Assembly (NCBI RefSeq): GCF_964355755.1
Contig: NC_092680.1
Coordinates: forward strand, 4,960,001-5,024,000
Length of the DNA stretch: 64,000 nt
Direction of reading: 5' to 3'
Origin: Antedon mediterranea
Lineage: Eukaryota; Animalia; Echinodermata
Shown: positions 43,801 to 54,324 of the stretch, piece after piece
Layout of the letters: every line of letters starts with the position of its first letter
How positions within the stretch are numbered: the stretch's first letter is position 1
Program-made: the position numbers and the translations under genes
The notes under the pieces: generated by a model
Seen by the model: the letters and a program-made list of their open reading frames with translations, nothing else
Databases searched by the model: none
Told to the model about the DNA's origin: nothing

Positions 43801-46800
43801 GTGGTTGCTGAATGTTGAAGATGTAATCTTTCAGCTCTACTTGTGGAAGTCTTAAGATTTGACCAATCAGGATTAGCTGTCTGAATATGGTCAGTATGAG
43901 CATTAGTTTGTGTCTGAACGTATGCACTATTAGTAGATGATGTTGATGGAAGGTGTTGGCTGTCAGTAGTATATTTGGAATTCATACGAACTTCACCACT
44001 ACTTGTAGATTTGGAATGCAGATAATCATTGTCAGTTATCATGTGATTTGAAGGAGATTCCGTTATGAATTCAGTTTCTGAATAATATTCTAATGTAGTG
44101 ATCATATCATAAATATCTACCAATTCAGGTTGATGGTCACCAGATTCCTGAGACGATTCTAAATCATCTTTACCTAAAATGGACTTAGATGTTCGAGTCG
44201 TTTCACCGCTTCTCTGCGCATTGGTTACATAGGATTTCTTTGATTGTTGTGTTGTATGAAGTACTGGCAAAGGCGTGGTACTCTGTTGGAGTGGATACTT
44301 TGTTGGTTGTGCATTGCCATCTGTTTTGACTACCGTCTTGTATGAATTACTTGTATCTGGTGATCTGTCATTTAAAGATGGTTGTTGAGTTATGAAAGTT
44401 GTCGTGGACTCGTACTGACTTTCGGTGTTCGTTTTGGCATGGACCCCTCCTTCTTTTGTCAAATTTGATTCACAAGAACAATTACATGCGGTGAAATTTG
44501 TACAGCTAGTTCCATCTGCACCTGGTGGTCCGGGTAGTCCTATTATGCCATTCCTACCCGGTGGTCCCTGTGGTCCTGGTTCCCCATCATTGCCTTGCTT
44601 TCCTTTAAATTTAACACAAAGTGAGAGAAAACAAATTACATAAATACATGGCCCTATTTATTTCTTTTTATCCTGGACGAAATATAATATATGCAAACTG
44701 AAGAAAGCATGGTAATTTAGGCCTATGAGAAAGGATATCACATGTCAACTATGAGGCGAGAAAAATGTAAATGAAGATCGCCGATCCTACCTTTGCAAGT
44801 CATCTCTGTTGAATTGCATAGTTGAATTATGGATGATGCCTGTTATTAAAATTAAAAAGTTAAAAAAAAAAGATTTATAACAAGTAAACGCATGTTTATA
44901 CATTCAGTAAATTGAATTCTATTTTTTTTAATGCGGTGTATGAGCATGTGGAAGTAATTTAACTAAATTAATTTATTTCAAATACCAGTAACATAGACCT
45001 ATATTACGTGCTTAAAAGGCATTTAAACCTGATTGTATAACCTGGAAGATGAACTTAACTGTCAGATATACAATAATTTACAGCTTAAAAATGAGTAAAA
45101 AAACAGTAAAGTAGAGTAAGGTAAAGAATATGATTAAAAACGTATTAATACCCAAGAGCTGTAACCAAAGTCAGTCAAAGTATGTTATAAACCATATCGG
45201 TGTGCGTTTTATTTCTGTTTTTTTTTTGTAAACGAAAAATTGAACTATGGCCTACTTAAAACTTTTTTCGGCTTGATGGACCATCCTCATAAAATATTGA
45301 TGTACTGTACATGTTTAAATTATTATAGTACCGTTCAAATTATTGGCATGGCCAACTAAAATAAGAGGCTAATAATAAGACGTATGGTAGTACCCTGTTT
45401 AGTAGGTACCGCACAGATCATATAAACTCCATTTTAGGCCTCTTATTTCTACGCTATGGCATCCAAAGGGGAAAATTTCACGGGCAATTAGCGTCATTTG
45501 TTAAATTACATGACGGGTGCCTTGAGATCGGCACCTTAAATATAACTTGGATCTCCGGAGTATTCCACCTGATCAAGTTTACATATAACTTGACTACTGA
45601 TCCTTGTAGTCGAATCATTCACACAACGGTTGCTGTGTATTTGGAAGTAGTTCAGTGGTTGGTTGGTTAAACATTAACATAAACTTTGTATTCCATTTTG
45701 TCAACATCAGTGAACTAAATACCTATTTATTAATACCTACTAATGCATTTACCAAATTTCTCATATCTAAATAGTAAAATAGGAATAATGTGAGAAATAC
45801 GTTTACCTATATACATCATCAACAGGTTTCAATTAGTTAAAAACATTTATATTGAAGTACGCGTCGCATTAAATTAGGAAGACTAACAAAGTTTGATCGA
45901 CCAAACCTTGAATCTATTTCGAAGTAATTTAACTGTAGAATCTCTTTAACCGTAGACATCGTTGAAAGACTTTCCTCAGAACCTCAGAATGTAGGCATAC
46001 CGTCCAAGCTAGATGACAGGGCCTACAAGCAGTGAGATTTTTTTCTCACCAAGCTTTAACAATAAATGTGCAATTTCAGCCTTATGTTTTTTTTTATACT
46101 CAGATACTCGAAAGTACGAAAAGAAGTTTTATAATCCCCGAGTTAATTGTATTTTTTCTTTCATCACAATTTTATTATCTACCACTGAGTGATGGTTATT
46201 TTGAACAAGGTCACAAACACTGCCTTTTGCTCCCAAGATTAACCTATCTCAATAAACAGTAAATGGATTATTTTCCCATTAACCAATCAAACTGTTTTGA
46301 AGATACCTGATGGAATTCAGAGATTAAATTAGAAACATTACATCATTCTATATAATGCAAAACAGACTCAGTCGACATACTTATACAAACTCATCAAAAT
46401 GTCATTATTTAAAATTGTTCTTATAAATGCTTAATCTCCACTGGTTAAATAAAAGTATCGGTATATCAGTATTATTACTGTGTACTGTACTATGATTGTA
46501 TTTTGTAGGCCTAGGTAAATACAAACACCGTAACAAGTCGACCACCCATCTTTTATTGCGTGCTCAACCTCTTCAGACTCAGCTAGTTTAATTTGTACTG
46601 TATAATAGTTATTTTGAAACAGTCATAAAACAACCGTAGAAATTTACATTTTAGCTGGGATAAGAACTGTTTTAGGAACCGAATTATACGAAAAAATGTC
46701 TCATGACATCTAAGCAGAACATCATTAATTAACGTCATAATGCCCATGCAAAGCACACTTTAAAAAAGGAAATAGAAATTTTGATAAGGAGTAAAGTAGG

Positions 46801-47757
46801 GCTTAGAGGTCATAGAGATCCGCATGCCAACGATTAATCATGTCAATAATTAGGACTACTAACATACAGTATGCCTAGCAAATCATCTGTAATGTTTTGG
46901 TTACAGAAATACATTTTAATCGAGAAATGTTATCATTGTTCAGTGGGGTCTCTGATTTAAAAAATGATTTATAACTAGAAAATTATCGAGTTCTTTTCTG
47001 TTACTCGAATAGATGATTAAAACAAAAAATACCCACTCCTATCACCGTAACCATCACTGAGAGGCGGGCTGAGAGGTTACTTACGAGAAGACGGTTAGAT
47101 TTTTTGAATTAGGACGGGACAGACAGTTGATATACCGTTTTTCAATGAAAACATTATATAATTTATTCTGTAAAGTCTATACCTATTTATTTTCACTATT
47201 TTGAAGAGAATTCGATTTTTATAATGCAAAAATAAAATATTCCTATGTGTTAGCTAACTAGGAGCTATCACTGTGATTTATACCTCCTTGCCACGACCAA
47301 AATTTTTCGGCCAATCTCACCATGAAGGAATCCATGATCTCACTCTGTAGCTGTAATAAATGAGACAAGATGTTTTTTTTCTTACCGGGATCCGTATTGG
47401 TATCTCTGCTACAGCTGATAAATATGGTAAAACATCCCGTTTCTTGCGTTTTGATAAAGTTGATGTTAATTCTTTCAACATGTTTACATCTACAAATACC
47501 ATTACTACTGAATCTGAGATATTACTTTTTACTGGAAGTACTCTTTCATTTTTCATATGAAGATGTTCTGTTCTGTCACCTTTGTTTGAGTCTTGTCCGG
47601 ATACCGGCAGACACAAGCACTTGTCTGAAGCTTTCTTTAACGCTTGTATTTGAATGTACGTGTATACAAATCCGGCGATTGTTGTCGAACAAATCAGAAA
47701 CAAAATAACAATAAGACTGTTGTGTCCGATGCCATTTGAGCCTTTATTACAAGACAT
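34837..47757 (-). CDS. Gliomedin/colmedin-like type II transmembrane collagen with C-terminal olfactomedin domain, 15 coding exons
   Basis: Exons, all GT-AG and frame-consistent: 47757-47386 (TM, furin site RKKR), 44839-44791, 44602-43637, 43512-43468, 43308-43243, 42013-41831, 41401-40958, 40772-40701, 40198-40109, 37963-37919, 37765-37685, 37185-37141, 37041-36958, 36359-36222, 35474-34837. Gly-X-Y runs; OLF motifs [35 protein letters not shown]. Confidence 0.88.
37297..37449. mobile_element. MITE family A, copy 3 (intronic, left TIR decayed)
   Basis: Ends AGTTTGATAGTGTATACAGAGCT; same internal motifs as the other copies. Confidence 0.8.
38598..39910 (+). mobile_element. Decayed DNA transposon with DDD-type transposase fragments (Sola-like)
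   Basis: ORF 38919-39221 has [13 protein letters not shown] and [17 protein letters not shown] motifs; frameshifted neighbours; 24-bp GACTTAGGCACTTTTGTTATGAGG at 38598-38621 and 39887-39910, and a partial inverted copy near 39715-39727. Confidence 0.7.
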
Positions 47758-48196
47758 TATGAATTCTAGAATTGTTTGTAGGCTACATTTCTCGCACACT
47801 GTCTGTCACGGTGGTTTCTTCAATGACAGGATAAACAAACTTCGTTGGTGTTATTGTGATTGACTTATGATTGTTGACGAATGGTAGTTGAGAAAGGGAT
47901 CTCAGATTTCTAGCACTTTTGACCAATCACATGTCTATAGGGGGCGCAATTGCATAATGATATACACGACACTGGTTATAAAATATAAAAGTCTTGGCAT
48001 GGGCTATAAAATTAGCTCCATGGTTTTAGCAATCGGCTTCAGAAATATTCTATTATGGAATTATCCTGGACATTAAAAAAACATTTGTAAACAGTTTAAA
48101 AGTTACGTTGAAAGCATTTCAAATAATAATATTACTAATTACATTTTTAAAGTTTCTTTTTTTTATTTACATAATATAAAAATAACGCTTAAAAGA

Positions 48197-48237
48197 GAAC
48201 GACGTTTCGACTCCATCATGGAGTCATTATCAAGTCC
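48197..48237 (-). ncRNA. Minimal variant hammerhead-like motif (Penelope-type)
   Basis: ggac-UUGAUAA-u-gacucca(uga)uggaguc-GAAA-cg-UC-guuc: U3-A8 replaces C3-G8, one extra U, perfect 7-bp stem II, palindromic ACGU stem III. Confidence 0.55.
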
Positions 48238-48351
48238 AATGAATAAAATATAAAACAACAACTAATTAAGTAGTACAAGCCAAGGGTCAAAGTTTAAATA
48301 ACAAAAGACCTATTGTCTAACATCCTGTCAAATGAAAAGCTTAGCTTTTAC

Positions 48352-48369
48352 CATGGAGTATACTCCATG
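48352..48369. mobile_element. 18-bp palindromic transposon footprint-like insert with 8-bp direct flanks
   Basis: GCTTTTAC-CATGGAGTATACTCCATG-GCTTTTAC. Confidence 0.6.
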
Positions 48370-48844
48370 GCTTTTACAGAGTCACTTTGTTTATTCAGAC
48401 TAGGTTTTAATTGTCTGATATACAACATTTCATAGATAAGACAGTCAAATTTGTTTTTGCATTTAAAGTATACTAAAACATGAATTAATTTTACTTGGAT
48501 TAATAATCACGTTATGATCCTTCAAATGCTGTCCTATTAAGCATCTACTATGTTCAACAATGCGTTGGTAGAGGTGTCGGCATGTATATCCCACATAACT
48601 TGCATCGCACAAGTCACATTTAAATTTATACACAACACATTGTTGACTTATTAATGAAATTCCTCAGAATTTCTTTCCGAATGGGGATATCACATATTAA
48701 ATACAGAAAACAAAAAAAATCAACCTATGTAATTTTTATATTGATATTATATTTGATAATGTTCAAGACTGTTATTATTATTATTATTCACCTATCAATT
48801 AACAAATTTAATTTATATTCGTTAAGTTCGCGACTTAAATTCGG

Positions 48845-48962
48845 TGACGTGGCTAAAAGTGTCTTGAGTAAACTGAACTTGGTGGCGCACTTACAAAATT
48901 ATTGGCCAATCAAATTCCGCCATTTAGTCGACCTTTCCGTGCACACGTCGACTGTACACAAG
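48845..48962 (+). promoter_or_regulatory. Putative SSR2 promoter and non-coding first exon
   Basis: TGACGTGG (48845-48852), ATTGGCCAAT double CCAAT (48901-48910), CCGCCATTT YY1-like (48917-48925), donor AAG/GTATGT after 48962; the acceptor lies directly before the ATG at 49542. Confidence 0.55.
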
Positions 48963-49541
48963 GTATGTTTAGTAAAACACTGTGTTGTTTTCTTCTTTTA
49001 ATTCTTGTTTACATACTCATTTAATTATTTTTCATTAACCATATGTTTATTTTTGTTATATATATAGTAACTGTAAATAAAACTACAATTTTAATCTAAG
49101 GTAGACAGTTGAATGTTATGTTGTTGTGCAGAAGGCAACAGCAGGCTTCGTTGTAGTGTTATTGAGGTCGGTTCCACTGGCTGGCGTGCCGGAGAGAGAA
49201 GACTGTAGAGGCTTACTAGTGTTTCACAGACTAGGCCTAGCCTGAAAATATTATTGTGCTCCAATAAAACTCTCTAGGTTAAATGTATCATTGTATAGGT
49301 CACTGTCACTACAAAACAATCTAGTTCTAGCTTGGTGTAAATAATATTAATAAACATGTTTTTTTTTTTTTGTAGTAGAGAGAGGTGGGTGGTTTAGGTT
49401 TGAACATGCTAGGTATTAGGCAGATGACAGACATTAAAGTTTAACAACAAAGCTCATTTTTATCTGCTATGTCTTCAGCAAATGAGTAATAGTAAGGCAA
49501 TAATATAATATTAATAATCATATTTTCTTTTTTTTTAACAG

Positions 49542-52500
49542 ATGAGGATCACCGCATTGATTTGTATCTGCCTGGTAGGCCTATCCCTAGCTGATGATGG
49601 CGCTAAACTTCTAGCTGTAAAAAATGTACTTAACCAGCATATAGTTGAGGGAAAAGATTTGACAGTAACATATTCTGTATATAATGTTGGATCAAGGTAA
49701 ATATATAAAGCGCATTTCATCTGCTAATACCTACCAACTTTAGCGCTGGATAAAGAGTTGAATGCATTACAATACTGTGGATTGGTTGCTATACTATTAT
49801 CTGTTATGCCATTCACTATTTACCTATCATTTTTAAACATTACTACTCCAGTAAAAAACAAATTCTATGTTTTTTTCTATGCAAATAATATTAAAGATGG
49901 TTGATGTCCTAAGTTATAACTAATGTATTTCTATTTCTTTCTACTTTGCGTTGTGCACTTTTAGTTAACCTACTACCAGTTTTCAATTGTAGGTAAAGTA
50001 ACAAGTTTACTGGTAATACAAAAAACACATTCAATGAATAACTTTATAATGTTCTTTTATTAGGGGCAACACTAGCAGTTATAACACATAGCTCTTTTTA
50101 GGAGCCCTATATAACACATTAAAAAACAATACAATTAGCAGAAAATAAACTTTACACTTCTCCTACCTAAGTTTCTGATCATAATTAAAATTGAGTGGTA
50201 TTAACTATCAACTGTGTTTTCTCCGTTTACAGTGTTGCATTGAAAGTGAACCTGGTTGATGATAGCTTTCCTGCAGACCAGTTTACTACAGTCAGTGGTA
50301 GCAAAGAAGTAACCTGGGACCGCATTGCCCCAGGTAGTAATGTTACTCATAATGTCATCTTAGAGCCAAAAATTAGCGGAGCTTTTAATTTTACTGCTGC
50401 TGGTATTACATACACTGTAATGGAAGGCGAAGAAGAGGCTACCCAGGTAAACACACACATTTAATGTATTCTTTTCATGATATGAAATAATATTATTTAT
50501 AAACTCCCAAATTGTAGGAGTTTCCCCCTATATTGAGACACACCTCCACCACCCCAAAGGTGCAATTTCTCTGGATTATTTAGTACTCACGAAAATCCGC
50601 CTTCAAAAACAAAATCACAAATATTTACATTTATATGTAATATACATAACAGTGATATTTATTAGAGCGTCATCAGTTCACTCACTAACATATTTTACAA
50701 TAACTAACTTTTTTCCATTACTCAATTTATAATATAGAATATATAAAAATGTTCTGATACTTAACCGATTCACCACGATAAGCGCTTAAAGCGCTCAAAA
50801 GGTTAAAAGTCAAGGTCATTGTAAACAAATTTTCAACAAAAAAAAAGTAAATCGAATTTACATGCGCAGTTTGCTGTGCATGAATCGTAACAACAAATTA
50901 TACAAAATACTCACAACTTTTTTTTAAAAAATATGCTTCTAAATATATAAAAACAATTGTTGAAGTTAGTTTGAAAATAAAATTCGAAAATATAACCGTT
51001 TTTCGAAGCACGATGTTCGAAACGCGACAGGCGCGTTGAATGAATCTAGGCCTAAACATACAACGTAAAATCGTCTAAAATCCATCTTTATTTCTAATAA
51101 TCACTATTTTGAAGCTTGTATACAATAAATGTATAATAAATAAAGATTATGTATCAGTTACAGTGTCTAAATCGTCATATTTCCATGTAAAAATGTGATT
51201 TTTCTACCGGAGAAAAGTCGTGAAGATGTCCTCACGAGGGCCTCGCCATATTGTTTACCTTTGATTGTAATATGAACCCTGACATGTCAGATGCATTATG
51301 GGCATGAAATATTTGTTCAAACTCTGCGCAAAGGTCAGTTTATTGAAGCATAACTTTTGACAAACATTTTGATACCAAACTTGTTTTAATTTCATAAGTT
51401 TTCGACGCATTTTCGTCAAATTTTCTGCAAGCTACACGTCTAAAACAGCGGACTAAGCTCCCGAGGGATGCCGGTGCGCGTGGGAATCGCGAATTCCAAG
51501 TCGCTTTCGGGATGTTTTTTTTAACATTCCCGGTGAACAAACAGCGGCGAGGACGCTCTCGGGGCGGCTCCCGATAGGCCTAGGCCCCATATGGTCATCG
51601 TCGGATGAGTCAGTCTACTAATTTCTTCATAATTTCGAAACCGGTCATTCATAATGGTCAAGTTTGGTCTTATTTTGAAGAGAAGAAATAGGTTCTGATG
51701 AAGAGATGAGTTTTATTATGAAATATTTATTAATTTTTGTGCATTTGGTAGTCAAAGATAAATTACAAATTTTTAATAATTTTCCTAAAATATTTCTATA
51801 ATTTGCATAATCCATACTCCGCCAAAATAAGTTGTAACACAAATTTGATAACATATTTGGAAATAAAATGTCCTTTGAATTATTTTTGTTTTTTAATTTT
51901 TTTAATGTCTGTGTTTAGAAAAAAAGTTAGGGTTAATTATATGACATATGCTTTTTGGGTCCCAGGGGAGCAAAATAAACTTAGGGGTCAATGGGTTAAA
52001 ATGTATTATTTAAAGGCTCTATTACCCTTTCACATTGATGGGCATCTTTATGGTGAATCCCCTGATATGTGTAAGCTCCGAAGTTAATCTAGGCAATGTT
52101 CAAGGGGTATACTAACACTAATAGGCCTTAATTGAAGGCGAAGAATGCATTGCCCCAGCCCCATTTTAAATATTTGCCTGGCATACCCAAGTAGATGCTG
52201 ATGCCTAAGATTTTGTAATATCGCCCTCTATAGTTTAATGTATGAATGGTACAGTATACTGTAATTTATTTACCCTTGTTTGACAATGCTTTCATAAATG
52301 CTCCTATTTTTTATTTTCAAGTTGGGACCTCTGTATAAATATGTTTAATACCTCCTCTGATACATAATGTCTATGTATATATGTACATAGTGCATCGAGT
52401 AATGTGCAAATATCTTTGATTCATATTCTAAATAAATTCATGTTTTTCTTTTATTTTTTATGAACTAGTTTGGCTACACAAGTGCTCCAGGTGAAGGATA

Positions 52501-53102
52501 TATAAATGCATTCAAAGATTTTGATAGAAAATATGCTCCTCATTATGTAAGTATTATTGTAGTTATTTTTTTAACAGTAAAATTTATAAAGTTTAACAGT
52601 AAGAGTAGTTTGAAATTCCTAGGAGATATCTAGTCCACTGCTTTGATTTTAAAACAGAAAATTTGACTCGTGCTGCTTTCTCTATAAAGCTCTATCTACA
52701 CTATCAAACTTTATGTGTTGTGCCCATAGACATGATGATGTCATATCACTACCACATTTGGGTATATCACTACCATAATTGGGCACATCACACTTTTTTT
52801 GTCAAACTAGTTTGATAGTGTAGACAGAGTTTTACCTCCACTTTTTTTTAAATGCTTCAGCTACTTCTGTACATAAGGATATTTTATTTGCGTTCAGTCA
52901 CTGTGCCACGATGATGAATGCATAATAAATAAATATTGTTTTCAATTAATGTCATATTATGAAATATTATATTATTTCTTTACAGATGGACTGGGGTGCC
53001 TTTGCTATAATGACACTACCATCAATCGTAATTCCTTTTCTACTATGGTACAGAAGCAAGACCAAATATGATGCACTCAGTACTAAAACAAAGAAAAACT
53101 AA
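49542..53102 (+). CDS. SSR2: Translocon-associated protein subunit beta (TRAP-beta)
   Basis: Exons 49542-49696, 50233-50446, 52469-52546, 52986-53102; signal peptide, [72 protein letters not shown]. Confidence 0.95.
50765..51995. mobile_element. Putative non-autonomous piggyBac-like element in an SSR2 intron
   Basis: TTAA-CCGATTCACC ... GGTCAATGGG-TTAA (8/10 inverted match), CpG-rich interior, no ORF. Confidence 0.42.
52688..52831. mobile_element. MITE family A, copy 4
   Basis: Both TIRs present (AGCTCTATCTACACTATCAAACT ... AGTTTGATAGTGTAGACAGAGTT). Confidence 0.85.
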
Positions 53103-54324
53103 ATTTCTTTTGTTATTTCTCTATTTCTAACTTTTCAACAATATCCTGCATAAATGTCTACAGCGATTTATATTATGGAGCTTTTTTTGACACCTGCAAA
53201 GCTTATTTATATAATTCAATATTTTGTTTTTCCTAATGTAATGTTTATACTCAAATGTTATACAAATGTGGTATTTGTAGTTGATATCAATTAATTTTTA
53301 AATTTAAAACTTTTTGATTATGAAATTAATTATGTTATTAATTGTTTTTTAATCATGCTAAAATAAAAATACTTAGCAATGAACTTTTCTCTTTTGAATA
53401 TTATTAGTACTTTTACAAACTTCATGTTCAACAAATTTTAAAATTTAAAAAAAGACTTTATGGCGCTAGTTTCTCAAACTATATCATAAATAACCGAGTA
53501 TAGTCCCATGGGACATAGTATGGTCCTATATGACCTGTGTACAAAATGTAGCAACAATTATTACATCTCTACATTAATAATTTAGTTGGTGGGATTGTAC
53601 TAGAGCATGAGATACATATTCTCTGTCAAATAAGGTACTTGTAACCCCTCTGTATGTTTGATACTGTATCAGGTGAATAAACAAAATAAAACATCACTAG
53701 AATTGACTTCTTTTATTTCTTTGTTTTGCGTTTACAACTTCTCGTGTTTGGTTGCCAGAATCCTAAAGTCACAACATTGAAGTTTCTCAGCTAAATACTG
53801 GTTCGAGATACTGTAATTAACCATAATTAACCATATAATTGACCTTTAATTAATTGTCTTATGCCTCTTTCGTATTTTTCATCCTTAGAATATATGTAAT
53901 AAAATATATGGTCATCCTGAAAAAAAAATTGGTATATATTTGATTAAAAATATTCTGAATTTCCTGGGTAATTGAGCAAATTTTTATTTTATTACTGTAT
54001 TGCGTATTATTTCATTTTATTAAAATTATGTGATTGACGGGTACTGTATGATGATGGATCAATGATAATTACACGGAATGCTACTGTCCAAAATGTATGC
54101 GGTCCAGCACGGTATTATGTACGTGAAACATGTAATGATTCAGTATTTCGTGATGAAAACACACACAAAACGTAAAACGCCCCCGTTTTCTCTTCCCGGT
54201 TTAAAGCACTGAGTTATGCTTCAAAACGCGACCATGGCATATGGGCTAGAACTGGCGACGCTCAACAGATAACGATAATTAGTTTTCCGCTTTTAATTTC
54301 CTGCTGTCCTAGCCTAGCCACATT

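Noticed and set aside
50080-50120. TATAACACAT direct repeats around AGCTCTTTTTAGGAGCCC as another footprint
   Set aside because: Termini and duplication boundaries are ambiguous.
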